Of a stretch of 64,000 nt of DNA, positions 1 to 9,888 are shown piece by piece. A program made the translations under genes and the position numbers. The notes below the pieces were generated by a model that saw only the letters and a list, made by a program, of their open reading frames with translations, did no database searches and was not told the DNA's origin. This DNA is from an uncultured Myxococcales bacterium. Its GTDB lineage: Bacteria; Myxococcota_A; UBA9042. The stretch's first letter is position 1; each line of letters starts with the position of its first letter. Where the stretch lies: positions 10,121 to 74,120 of the forward strand of contig CAJBNH010000137.1 of the NCBI GenBank assembly GCA_903955385.1, given 5' to 3'.

Positions 1-2
1 TT

Positions 3-461
3 CGTCGGCTGACCCGGCAACTGGTTGACCCGTTGCATGAATTGAACGCCACTGTTGTGGCCTTCCGTTCCGGCGACCACTTCCGACGCTGCCGGACCAG
101 CGATGCGCCCGTCGAGTTCCACGCGGCCGCCGAGACCTTCAACAACCTGCTGGACGCGACGCTGGTGGACCGTGCGCGCGAGCACCGGGGGCAGGACATC
201 GACCGACTGGCTCTGCTGCATCTGCTGGACGATCTGCCCAAGTCGGTCCTGGTGATCGATGCGGAAGGGCGCATTACGGCTGCGAATTCGGTGGGAATGC
301 AGGCGCTTGCCGTCGATGCCGAGGGGCGCTTGCGGCAGCAGGCTCGCCTTCACGCCAAGGGTGGCGGACCGGACGTGTTTGGCCCCGGCGCGACCGTGAC
401 GCCCTTGGGACACGACGGCTGGCTGGTCGAACTGGACCCGCCCGCCGCGCCCGAGGCATAG
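3..461 (+). CDS. HAMP + PAS-like domain signalling protein, 5'-truncated by window edge
   Basis: Frame is open back to position 3 (RRLTRQLVDPLHEL...). It has a HAMP-like segment (EFHAAAETFNNLL) followed by a PAS-like start (LLDDLPKSVLVIDAEGRITAAN). Confidence 0.55.
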   Translation, partial: RRLTRQLVDPLHELNATVVAFRSGDHFRRCRTSDAPVEFHAAAETFNNLLDATLVDRAREHRGQDIDRLALLHLLDDLPKSVLVIDAEGRITAANSVGMQALAVDAEGRLRQQARLHAKGGGPDVFGPGATVTPLGHDGWLVELDPPAAPEA

Positions 462-483
462 CCCGGAATCGCCGCAGCAGGGG

Positions 484-2124
484 TCAGGCCGCGCGTCGGC
501 GCCGAAGGACCCCAAGCGCCGTCAAGCCCAGCAGACCAGCGATTCCTGAGGCACCGCCCGCCCCTGCGTTGCAGCCGCTCGATCCACCTTGCTGGATCAC
601 GACGACCTGCACTGTATCGCGCTCGACGTCGGGACGCTCCAGACCGTCGGCAGTGTCGTCCGATACGGCGTCCGAGTCCGACGTGACGTCGGGCTGAACG
701 GCAACGGGGCAAGCATCGCCCACGCCGTCGCCGTCGGTGTCTTCCTGCCCCGAATTGACCACCTTCTGGCAGTTGTCGCAGGGGTCGCCCACGCCGTCGC
801 CGTCCTGATCGGTCTGGCTGGGGTTGGCCATGACTTGGCAGTTGTCCTGGCCGTCGGGGACCAAGTCTCCGTCGGCGTCCGGGGGCTCGCAGACATCGCC
901 AACCCCGTTGTTGTTTTTGTCTTCCTGCAACGGGTTGGCAATGGTGGGGCAGTTGTCCTGCGCGTCGGGCTTGCCGTCGGCGTCGGCGTCGGGCGGGGGC
1001 TCGCAGGCGTCGCCGGGACCCTTGCCGTCCGTGTTCAACTGGTCTGGGTTGGGGGTGGTGGGGCAGTTGTCGCTGCTGTCGGGGATGCCGTCCTTGTCCT
1101 GATCGGGCGGGGCCTCGCACGCGTCGCCTTCGGCCGTTCCCCAAGTGTTGGCTTGGCTGGGATTGAACTTGGTCGGGCAGTTGTCGGTCGCATCGGGCAC
1201 GCCGTCGCTGTCTTGGTCGGCAGGGGGTACCACCACCTCGGGTGACAGGCCGATGCTGCCCCAGATCTCCTTGTCTGCCTCGACGACCTTGGTCGAGCTG
1301 TTGGGCGCGAAGCCGGCTTTGGTTGCGGTCGCGGTGTACGTTCCCGGCTTGAGGGTGAACTGCCAGAAGCCGGTATCGGACGAGGTCGTGGTTTCGCCGG
1401 TGTTCAGCTTGACGGTGGCGCCCGGGATGCGGTTGGCCGAGTCGGGGTTCTTGTAGACCACGCCCTTCAAGACGCCCGTGGGCGTAGGCGGGTCGATCGG
1501 ACCACCGCCCGAGCAGGTCTTGCCGAAATAGGCGCAGATGCCTTGAGCCACGGCGCCGCCGATCTTTGCCTGGCCGTCGCCGCTCTTCAGGAAGGCAGCC
1601 TCAGACGGCGGGTGGCCCTGGTAGCCCGATGCAGAGCCGCAGTCGTGGAACAGCGACTCGGTCAGTGTCGCCGGCATGTTCGAGCCCTTGAGCACCCAGA
1701 ACGTGCTGTTCGCCTTCACGCCGCGGTTGAAGTAGGGCAGCGCCGCGATTTGGGCATTCTGCACCGCGGTGGCGATCTTCTTGTCGGCGTCGTTTTGCTG
1801 AAACGACTCGGTCCCGTGCCCGCCGCCCGCATTGGTGTGCATGCTGACGAAGACGTCGGCGCCCCAGGAGTTTGCGTTGCCCGGGGCGTTGTCGAAGCTT
1901 TGATCGACCTTGACCGAGAAGCCGGCCGCTTGGAGGATGCCCGCGACGATATTGGCATTGATCAAGGCGTATTGGGCCTCGTTGCCACCGCCGGAGACGG
2001 CGTTGTTGACCTGGTTGCTGGGGTTGATCATCACCTTCTGCGCGGCGGCGGGGGCGGCGAGGGTCGCTCCCAGCGCGAGGGCGGCGATGCACACGAAGGA
2101 GGGGAGGTTGCGGGTGCGGGCCAT
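484..2124 (-). CDS. N-acetylmuramoyl-L-alanine amidase (Amidase_3) with carboxypeptidase-regulatory-like domain, TSP3 repeats and MYXO-CTERM-type tail
   Basis: Signal peptide; amidase motifs ANSWGADVFVSMHTNA and ATLTESLFHD; beta-sandwich GVLKGVV...PGTYTATATKAGF; five DNC-containing TSP3 units (DxDxDGxPDxxDNCP); C-terminal GGSSGC-hydrophobic helix-RRRR. Confidence 0.85.
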   Translation of the reverse strand: MARTRNLPSFVCIAALALGATLAAPAAAQKVMINPSNQVNNAVSGGGNEAQYALINANIVAGILQAAGFSVKVDQSFDNAPGNANSWGADVFVSMHTNAGGGHGTESFQQNDADKKIATAVQNAQIAALPYFNRGVKANSTFWVLKGSNMPATLTESLFHDCGSASGYQGHPPSEAAFLKSGDGQAKIGGAVAQGICAYFGKTCSGGGPIDPPTPTGVLKGVVYKNPDSANRIPGATVKLNTGETTTSSDTGFWQFTLKPGTYTATATKAGFAPNSSTKVVEADKEIWGSIGLSPEVVVPPADQDSDGVPDATDNCPTKFNPSQANTWGTAEGDACEAPPDQDKDGIPDSSDNCPTTPNPDQLNTDGKGPGDACEPPPDADADGKPDAQDNCPTIANPLQEDKNNNGVGDVCEPPDADGDLVPDGQDNCQVMANPSQTDQDGDGVGDPCDNCQKVVNSGQEDTDGDGVGDACPVAVQPDVTSDSDAVSDDTADGLERPDVERDTVQVVVIQQGGSSGCNAGAGGASGIAGLLGLTALGVLRRRRAA

Positions 2125-2127
2125 GGG

Positions 2128-2985
2128 CTACCTCCTCGCCAGCGGAAAGGCTGCGACGCACAAATCGCCTGTAGCGTCGTCGACATAGGCCAGCCAGCGG
2201 CCGTCGGGCGATGGCGTTGGATTCATCTCGCGAACGCCAGGCGTCGCCGTCACCCTTTCTTCGCGCGCGGAAGCGACGTCGATCTGCCACAGGTCGCTCG
2301 CCGTCACCCGGTAGCCGTCGTTCTCGGCCCGTTGGAACACGACACGACGGCCGTCCGGATGCCAGGCAGCGCCGCTGCCACGGGTCTGGGCGACGGTCCG
2401 CCCCGTCAGGTCGACCACCTTGAACCAACTCTCGCCCTGGCGGCTCTCGGCGACGAGAATCCGCGTGCCGTCGGCTGAGAAGCGCGGGTGGAAGAACTCG
2501 CCGCGCAGCAACACCGTTCGAGCCGAGCCGGGCACGCCAAAACGGTGCAGCACGATGCGGTCGTCGGGTTCGCGCGACACGGCAAGACCGCGGGCGGCCC
2601 GCACGTCCACGTCGGTGCCCTGAACTCCCTGTGCGACAACCGGAAGCCGGCCGTCGGCGTCGACGCGCACCACAGCGCCGACTGCCGCCGCATACCAAGC
2701 GAGCGTCGAGGGGTCGTACACGGCCGCACCGGAGCGCTCGGCCTTGGCCAGACCGCGCCAGCGCACCGGAGCGTTGGCGAACACGCCCTCGGGCGTCCAC
2801 ACGGGCGACCGCCCAGCGTCGGGAGCGACCGCAAGGCGCTCTGGCGCCTGGAATGTGGGCGTGGGCCTCTGCGCGGAGACGCGCCACTGCACGGGCGCGG
2901 GTTCTGCCGCCTGTGGGGCAGCAACAGCCGCAGACGGCAGGGCGACGAGCCCCCACGCGGCGAGCCTGACCAGTGTGCGCAACAT
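2128..2985 (-). CDS. Secreted TolB-like/PD40 beta-propeller protein
   Basis: Real start is probably MLRTLVRLAAWG at 2985, with GGAGG upstream and a signal peptide. PD40-like motifs HPRFSADG, AWHPDG and NPTPSPDGRWLAY. Ends 3 nt before the amidase start. Confidence 0.75.
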   Translation of the reverse strand: MLRTLVRLAAWGLVALPSAAVAAPQAAEPAPVQWRVSAQRPTPTFQAPERLAVAPDAGRSPVWTPEGVFANAPVRWRGLAKAERSGAAVYDPSTLAWYAAAVGAVVRVDADGRLPVVAQGVQGTDVDVRAARGLAVSREPDDRIVLHRFGVPGSARTVLLRGEFFHPRFSADGTRILVAESRQGESWFKVVDLTGRTVAQTRGSGAAWHPDGRRVVFQRAENDGYRVTASDLWQIDVASAREERVTATPGVREMNPTPSPDGRWLAYVDDATGDLCVAAFPLARR

Positions 2986-3122
2986 TCGACCTCCGCGCGA
3001 CGCCCCCACCCGCGCCGCTTGATGTGAGGCGGGGATGCTACGGTTCGCGCGGACGCGTGCGCAAGGACTGGATGCGGGAAGAGGGGTCGGGCAGAGGCTT
3101 GACCGCCCCCACGGTCGGCCGG

Positions 3123-5876
3123 CTAGCCGAGCTTCTCGGCCAGCAGGGCGAAGAACGCCTGAGCGACCGTGTTCGGATCGTCGGGGGTGTTGCCGCCCGC
3201 CTGGGCCATGTCGGGCCGTCCGCCGCCGCGCCCGCCCATCAGGGGCGCCAGGGCACCGACCACCGCGCCGGCCTGCACCTTGGCGGTCAGGTCCTTGGTC
3301 ACGGCAACGAGCAGCAGCGCCTTGCCGCCGTCCAGCCGCGACAGCAGCGCGACCACGCCGGAACCGAGCTGGTCGCGGATCTGGTCGGCCAGCGTCCGCA
3401 GCGGACCCGCGTCGGCACCGTCGACGACCCGGAAGGCCGCCTTGACGTTGCCGAAAGCCTGCTCCTGCGCCTGCGCGCCGCCGCCGCCGGCCGCCGCCGT
3501 CAGCGCCTTGGCCTTCCACTGCTCGATCTCGACGGCCGCGGCCTTGGCGCCGTCCAGCAGCTTCTCCAGGCGGTCCCCCAGCACCTCCGGACCGACGCCG
3601 AGCCGGCGCGCCAGACCATCGAGCGTTGCGGCCTGCTGCTGCACGACCGTGACGGCCGCGAGATGGCACACCGCCTCGACCCGCCGCACACCGGCCGACA
3701 CTGCAGAATCGCTGAGGATCTTGATCAGTCCGATGTCGCCCGTGCGCGACACGTGGGTGCCGCCGCACAGCTCGGTCGAGTCGCCGAGTTGCACCACCCG
3801 CACCACGTCGCCGTACTTGTCGCCGAAGAACGCCAGCGCGCCCTTGGCCACTGCCTCGTCCATCGACGACTGTGACACCTCGGCGGCTTGATTCGCCACG
3901 ACCCTTGCGTTTGCGCGGGCCTCGACGGTGCGGATCTCGTCGGGCGTCAGGGCCGCGTAGTGCGAGAAGTCGAAACGCAGTCTTCCGGGGGCCACGTACG
4001 ACCCGCGCTGCTTCACATGTGCGCCCAAGACGTCGCGCAGTGCCTTGTGCAGCAGGTGGGTTGCCGAGTGGTGCGCGCGAATGCTGGCGCGGCGCTCGGA
4101 CTCGACCTCGACGTGAACCGTGTCGCCCGGCTGCAGGACGCCAGCGTCCACCTCGACCCTGTGCAAGTGCAGGCCCTGAGCGGTCTTCTGCGTGTCCTCG
4201 ATGCGTCCGCGGCCATGGGCGCCCCACGTCAGCGTCCCCAGGTCACCCACCTGACCGCCGCCCTCGCCGTACAGCGGCGTGCGGTCCAGCACGACCAGCA
4301 CGGTCTCGCCCGGGGTCGCCTGCACCACCCGACCGCCATCGCGCACCAGTGCCAGAACCTTGCCCTCGGCCTGATCCTGGTCGTAGCCCAGGAACTGAGT
4401 CGACATGCCCTCTTGCGCAAGCTCGGCGGCGATCGCTGCCGTCGCGTCGGCACCGCTCTTCCACGACGCGCGGCCTCGCGCCCGCTGCTCGGCCATAGCC
4501 TTGTCGAACCCCGGCATGTCCAAGGTGAATCCGCGCTCGGCGGCGATCAGCGCAGTCAGGTCGGTCGGGAAGCCGTGTGTGTCGTGCAACGCGAACACCA
4601 GCCTGCCGTCCAGCACCCGCGCCGCACCCTCGGACTCGACGCGCGCCATCTCCGTCGACAGGAGCCGCTCGCCGTCGACCAGCGTCTGGCCAAAGCGCTC
4701 CTCCTCCTGCTTCGCGATCCGCACGATCAGCGCCCGCGACGCCTGCAGTTCCGGGAACACGTCGCCCAGCAGATCCGCGACCTTGGCCGCGACCTCGGCG
4801 AAGAACGGCTGCTCCATGCCCAATTTGCGGCCAAAACGGATCGCGCGGCGCATCACCCGACGCAGCACGAAGCCGCGGCCCTCCGAGTCGGGGTAGATCC
4901 CCTCGGCAATCAGAAAAGCGGTGGCGCGGGCGTGGTCGGCGATGACGCGAAACGCCACGTCTTGCTCAACGTCGGGCTTGCGCGAGATCACGTTCTCGGG
5001 GTCGAACTTGCCGGTGTACGTGCGGCCGCTCAGCTGCTCGGTCAGCGCGATGAGGTCGTGGAACAGGTCGGTGTCGTAGTTCGAGCCGACGCCTTGGCAG
5101 ACGGACGCGATACGCTCAAGGCCCATGCCAGTGTCGACGCAGGGCGCGGGCAGGGGCGTCAGAACGCCATCCTGGCGATCGTACTGCATGAACACGAGGT
5201 TCCAGATCTCCATGTACCGGCCATCGTCGTCGGCCAGCGTGACCTTGGGGCCCTGGCTGGGGTCGAGGTCGAAGTAGATCTCGGTGCAGGGGCCGCAGGG
5301 ACCCGACTCGCCCATGGCCCAGAAGTTGTCCTTCTCTCCCAGAGGGACGACGCGCTCAGCCGGCAGCCCGGCGACCTTGATCCACAGATCGCGCGCTTCG
5401 AGATCGGCCGGCACTGACGCATTGCCGCCGAAGTACGTGGTCACCAGCCGTGACTTGTCCAGCTGCACGACGTCGGTCAGGAACTCCCAGGCAAAGCGGA
5501 CCGCGTCCTCCTTGAAGTAGTCGCCAAACGAGAAATTGCCCAGCATCTCGAACAACGTGTGGTGGCGGGCGGTGCGGCCGACATTCTCGAGATCGTTGTG
5601 CTTGCCCGAGACGCGCAGGCACTTCTGCGTGGTGGTCGCCGTCTTGTAGGGCGCGGGGCGGGCGCCGGTGAAGTAGTCCTTGAACTGGACCATGCCGGCG
5701 TTGACGAACAGCAGCGTCGGGTCCGCAGGCGGCAGCAGCGAGTGGCTGGCGACTCGGACGTGGCCGTGGCGGGCAAAGTAGGCCAGAAAAGCCTCGCGGA
5801 TGGCGGCGACGCTGCGCGGGGGATGTTCATTCCGCGGCGAGGAGGCGAGGACGGGTGCGGTCGGCTGGCTGTTCAT
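3123..5876 (-). CDS. alaS: Alanine--tRNA ligase
   Basis: Motifs DPTLLFVNAGMVQFK, HHTLFEMLGNFSFGDYFK, DTGMGLER, HSATHLLH, ELCGGTHV and C-terminal GGRGGGRPDMAQAGG. Start codon is uncertain. Confidence 0.97.
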   Translation of the reverse strand: MNSQPTAPVLASSPRNEHPPRSVAAIREAFLAYFARHGHVRVASHSLLPPADPTLLFVNAGMVQFKDYFTGARPAPYKTATTTQKCLRVSGKHNDLENVGRTARHHTLFEMLGNFSFGDYFKEDAVRFAWEFLTDVVQLDKSRLVTTYFGGNASVPADLEARDLWIKVAGLPAERVVPLGEKDNFWAMGESGPCGPCTEIYFDLDPSQGPKVTLADDDGRYMEIWNLVFMQYDRQDGVLTPLPAPCVDTGMGLERIASVCQGVGSNYDTDLFHDLIALTEQLSGRTYTGKFDPENVISRKPDVEQDVAFRVIADHARATAFLIAEGIYPDSEGRGFVLRRVMRRAIRFGRKLGMEQPFFAEVAAKVADLLGDVFPELQASRALIVRIAKQEEERFGQTLVDGERLLSTEMARVESEGAARVLDGRLVFALHDTHGFPTDLTALIAAERGFTLDMPGFDKAMAEQRARGRASWKSGADATAAIAAELAQEGMSTQFLGYDQDQAEGKVLALVRDGGRVVQATPGETVLVVLDRTPLYGEGGGQVGDLGTLTWGAHGRGRIEDTQKTAQGLHLHRVEVDAGVLQPGDTVHVEVESERRASIRAHHSATHLLHKALRDVLGAHVKQRGSYVAPGRLRFDFSHYAALTPDEIRTVEARANARVVANQAAEVSQSSMDEAVAKGALAFFGDKYGDVVRVVQLGDSTELCGGTHVSRTGDIGLIKILSDSAVSAGVRRVEAVCHLAAVTVVQQQAATLDGLARRLGVGPEVLGDRLEKLLDGAKAAAVEIEQWKAKALTAAAGGGGAQAQEQAFGNVKAAFRVVDGADAGPLRTLADQIRDQLGSGVVALLSRLDGGKALLLVAVTKDLTAKVQAGAVVGALAPLMGGRGGGRPDMAQAGGNTPDDPNTVAQAFFALLAEKLG

Positions 5877-6095
5877 GGCGTCGGCTGCTCGATTTCTTGA
5901 GGGTTTTCTGCGTCTATCGCGGGCATTGGGGCCGCGGGAAAGGGGCGGTAGTCTACTGCGCCCCGGTCCCGATGGGTAGAGGATGCGGTCTTGCATCGGC
6001 ATTGTCCGCGTGGCCTCGATTTCAGCATCGATTCGTGGCATTCTGTCGGATCAGGCCGGGACCCGACCGGTCACGCTGCCCGTGGGGGATGCCGC

Positions 6096-9000
6096 ATGAA
6101 GCCGACCGTTGTGCTCGTGTTCTTGATGATGCTAGCGGCCTGTACGCAGGAAGTGCCTGGCGAGAACAAGTTCGCGCCCCTCGACGGCGCCGCCGACACG
6201 ACCGTCGACCCCGACGGCGTGACCGATGACGGCACCGTTGACCCGGACACGCTGGCGGACGGCGACGGCACCATCGGTAGCGACGCGGACGTCGACACGG
6301 ATGCGACCGACATCGACGCCACCGACGTCGAAGACGGCAGTGACTCCGACACCCAAGGCGACGCCGACGCGGAAGACGTCGACACGACCCCGGACATCGA
6401 CATCACCCCGACCTGTCCCGGCGGCACCGGCTGCGCTTGCGAATTGGAAACCGATTGCGATTCCGGGTTGTGTGCCGCCCCTTCCGAAGGCGAGCCCAAG
6501 ATCTGTGCCAAAGGCTGTGTCAAGGGTTGCGATGACGGCAACGCCTGCACCCAGGACACCTGCGACATCTTCGGCGGATCGTGCGTGTCCCTGCCGCAAG
6601 AGGCCACCTGCGACGACGCCAATGTCTGCACCGAGAACGACCTCTGCGCCGACGGTACCTGCAAGGGAACACCGGCCGTCGCGGCTGTGGCGTGCGACGA
6701 CGGCAGCTCGTGCACCGGGGACGACGCTTGCGCCGACGGCATCTGCACGGGCAAGGCAAAAGACTGCGACGACGGCAAGCCCTGCACGCAGGACAGCTGC
6801 GACCCGGCCACCGGCGAATGCGCCCACGCAGCGATGGCTGAGGGCGCCTGCAACGACGGCGACCCTTGCACGCTGGCCGACCACTGTGACGCGGGCGACT
6901 GCCTGCCGGGCCTGATGAAGACCTGCAACGACGGCAACCTGTGCACCAGCGATGCCTGCGATGGCGTCAAGAACCCGATCGACGGATGCGTGTTCGACCA
7001 TCAGGACGGGCCGTGCGACGACGGTCAGGCGTGCACGTCGGGCGACCTGTGCATCGCGTCGACCTGCAAGGCCGGCGCGTCGCTGCTGAACGAGTGGGCC
7101 TTGGGCACCGACGGCGACGAGGTGCTGTACAGCGTGGTCGGCTTGGTGGATGGCGGATTGGTCGCGGCGGGCACCAGCAAGAAGGACGACCCGGCAGGCG
7201 ATCCGTGGATTCTCAAGGCAGCGGGCATGGCCTCGGTCCCGGCAGAGACCGTGTTCGCCAATCACCCGGCGGTTGGGCTCAAGGCGCTGCGCAAGGCACC
7301 CAACGGCAAGTGGATTGCGGTCGGTGAGGTCGTGCAGCCCGGCACAGGTCGCGACCTGTTCATGGCCCGACTCAGTGCGGACATGGCGGTCGAGTGGACG
7401 CTGACGGTGGCTGGCGCGCTGGACGACTACGCAGGGGACGTCGTGGCGATGCCCGCAACGGGCGCCGATGGAGCGGGTTACGTCGCGGTCGGTCGCACTG
7501 GCGTTGCCGGCGGCAAGACCCGCGGCTGGGTCGTGCGGGTCGACGAGTCCGGCGCCCTGGTCGATACGCAGCAGCTCGGGTCGGTCGATGGTCGTCTGTC
7601 GTCGGTGGTCGTGCTGTCCGACGGCAGCCTGATTGTGGCCGGCCAGACCCAGCTGCCGTCGGCCTCCCATCCCGACGGCTGGGCCTTGCGTGTCGACCCC
7701 GCGCACCACGTGGTGTGGGAGAAGTCGTTCGGCGGCTCGTGGCCCGACGGTCTCAACCGCATTGTTGCGCTTGCGGACGGCTCCTACGGCGCGGTGGGCT
7801 TCACCGAGACGGCCAGCAGCAGCCGCGACTTCTGGTTCGTGCGCCTGGACGGCTCGGGCAAAGTCCTGACCAAGCTCTCGATTCCCACCACGTCGGCAGC
7901 GTCGGCGTGGGGCCTGGCAGAGCTGTCCGACGGTGGCTACGTCCTTGCAGGGCAGAAGCAACTCGACGCCACCAACATCGACGGCATGATGGTTCGACTC
8001 GACGCCACGCAGCAGGTGGTCTGGACGCGCACGTACGGCGGCAACCTCTCCGACGGATTCAACGACGTCGTGTCCCTGCCCGGTGGCCGCCTTGCGGTGG
8101 TCGGCTGGACCCGGTCGATGGGCAAGTCCCTCAGCGAAGACGGCTGGATCCTGCGCACCGATGGCTGGGGCAATCCCGAGTGCGGCGCGTCAGGCGAGTG
8201 TCTGGGCATGGCGCGGGCCCTGTGCAACGACGACGCTTCTTGCACGTTCGACACCTGCTCGGCCGGGTTGGGCTGCGGGCACGCGCCGGTCGTGACGGGA
8301 ACCACTTGCGCCGTGGGCGGTTGCACCGGGCTCACCCGGACGCTGGGCAGCGTGTGCACGGCAGAGGGCAACTGCGAAGCGGTCGCCAACCCGCAGAACT
8401 GCAACGACGGCGACGCCTGCACCACCGACGAGTGCGACGTGGATCAGGGCTGCACGCATCAGGCGTTCACCGGGCTTTGCCCCGGGCCGAAGGCTTGCGA
8501 CTCCGCCGTGTGCCAGTCGGGCCAGTGCGTTCCGCAAGGCAGCGACCGCCTGTTCTCCAAGACCTGGGGCACGTATGACATGACGGCCGACCCGGTCAGC
8601 CTGGTCAACGCTCCCGATGGGGGCTTGGTCGTCCTGTACCCCAAAGGCTCGGCGGCCAATCCGGACATCGGTTTTGCGCGTTTCTATGCCGACGGTTCCC
8701 TCTACTTCACCAAGACGCTGGGCGGCGGCGCGACCAGTGAGGTACCACGTGGCATGGTGCGTCGGCCCGATTCGGGCTTCGCCATCATCGGCCGCACCAA
8801 CCAGACCAGCCAAGGCGACACCGATCTGGTGCTGTGGCGGGTGTCTCCGTCAGGCATCGTCTTGCCGCCGACGATGTATGGCGGCACGGGCGCCGAGCTC
8901 GCCGGGGCGCTGGCGGCGATTCCCGAGGGCCCCGCCGGACCTGCGGGCTATCTGCTGACCGGCAGCACGGCCTCGCAGGGCGAGACGGGAGCGGGTGCGG

Positions 9001-9851
9001 GCGACGCCTACGTGGTGCGCACGGACATCGACGGCAAGCTGATGTGGCACAAGTGGTACGGCGACGGCTCATCCGAGCACGCGCGCGCGGTGGTGTGGCT
9101 GGACGGACTGATGCCGGGCGGGTTCGGTTCGCTGATCGCGGCTCGCACTGGCCCCACCGGTCAAGAGGACGTCTGGCTCGTGCGGACGGACGCCACCGGC
9201 AAGGTGCGTTGGACCAAGCAACTTGGCGAAGTCGGCAAGTCCGAGATCCCCAACGCAGTCGCAGTGTTGCCAGCGAATACGCCCGGTGGCTGGGGCTTCG
9301 TGGTGGTGGGCACGACGACGCTGGCGGATCAGACGACCCAAGGTTGGGCGACCCGTCTGGACGTCGCCGGTCAGGTCGTGTGGACGCGCACACTGACGGC
9401 AGCTGGACTTGAAGTGGCCAGTGCGCTGGCGGTGCTGCCGGGCGGTGACTTGCTGGTGTCCGGCAAGGGTGGCAAGCCGTCCGACGGCAGGTTGGTGCGA
9501 CTCGACTCCAGCGGGAACACGGTTTGGAAGCGCAGCTACGATCAGGGCAAGGGCGCCGACGAGTCCGCCAGCGTGATGACCGTGCTTTCCGACGGCGGCA
9601 TCGCTTTGGGCCTGTCGGGTCCCGGCGACATCGGCTACGCCGCAGGCTTGTGGGTCATTCGCACCGATGCTTGGGGCGAGCTCTCGTGCTCCATGTCCAG
9701 CAACTGTGCGGCCAAGCAGCCGGTCGACTGCAACGACAACAACCCCTGCACGGCCGACCTCTGCACCGCCGGAGAGTGTCTGGCGCAGAACCTGCCCGAC
9801 GGCATGATCTGCGGCACCAACAAGACGTGCCTTGCCGGCAAGTGCAACTAG
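6096..9851 (+). CDS. Large Cys-rich lipoprotein with two beta-propeller-like modules
   Basis: Lipobox LAAC; Asp/Thr-rich tether; many CDDGNxCTxDxC repeats; two modules of D-x-W-x-x-R-x-D-x-x-G-x(3)-W blades, each ending W-x-x-RTD-x-WG-x(3)-C. Confidence 0.85.
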   Translation: MKPTVVLVFLMMLAACTQEVPGENKFAPLDGAADTTVDPDGVTDDGTVDPDTLADGDGTIGSDADVDTDATDIDATDVEDGSDSDTQGDADAEDVDTTPDIDITPTCPGGTGCACELETDCDSGLCAAPSEGEPKICAKGCVKGCDDGNACTQDTCDIFGGSCVSLPQEATCDDANVCTENDLCADGTCKGTPAVAAVACDDGSSCTGDDACADGICTGKAKDCDDGKPCTQDSCDPATGECAHAAMAEGACNDGDPCTLADHCDAGDCLPGLMKTCNDGNLCTSDACDGVKNPIDGCVFDHQDGPCDDGQACTSGDLCIASTCKAGASLLNEWALGTDGDEVLYSVVGLVDGGLVAAGTSKKDDPAGDPWILKAAGMASVPAETVFANHPAVGLKALRKAPNGKWIAVGEVVQPGTGRDLFMARLSADMAVEWTLTVAGALDDYAGDVVAMPATGADGAGYVAVGRTGVAGGKTRGWVVRVDESGALVDTQQLGSVDGRLSSVVVLSDGSLIVAGQTQLPSASHPDGWALRVDPAHHVVWEKSFGGSWPDGLNRIVALADGSYGAVGFTETASSSRDFWFVRLDGSGKVLTKLSIPTTSAASAWGLAELSDGGYVLAGQKQLDATNIDGMMVRLDATQQVVWTRTYGGNLSDGFNDVVSLPGGRLAVVGWTRSMGKSLSEDGWILRTDGWGNPECGASGECLGMARALCNDDASCTFDTCSAGLGCGHAPVVTGTTCAVGGCTGLTRTLGSVCTAEGNCEAVANPQNCNDGDACTTDECDVDQGCTHQAFTGLCPGPKACDSAVCQSGQCVPQGSDRLFSKTWGTYDMTADPVSLVNAPDGGLVVLYPKGSAANPDIGFARFYADGSLYFTKTLGGGATSEVPRGMVRRPDSGFAIIGRTNQTSQGDTDLVLWRVSPSGIVLPPTMYGGTGAELAGALAAIPEGPAGPAGYLLTGSTASQGETGAGAGDAYVVRTDIDGKLMWHKWYGDGSSEHARAVVWLDGLMPGGFGSLIAARTGPTGQEDVWLVRTDATGKVRWTKQLGEVGKSEIPNAVAVLPANTPGGWGFVVVGTTTLADQTTQGWATRLDVAGQVVWTRTLTAAGLEVASALAVLPGGDLLVSGKGGKPSDGRLVRLDSSGNTVWKRSYDQGKGADESASVMTVLSDGGIALGLSGPGDIGYAAGLWVIRTDAWGELSCSMSSNCAAKQPVDCNDNNPCTADLCTAGECLAQNLPDGMICGTNKTCLAGKCN

Positions 9852-9888
9852 GCAGCGCGCCTGCGGGATGACGAGAGCGGAGGCAGCC

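Noticed and set aside
2986-4227. N-terminal extension of the 699-aa ORF 2128..4227
   Set aside because: It is an alternative-frame overlap with alaS giving Arg-rich nonsense. The signal peptide and RBS place the real start at 2985.
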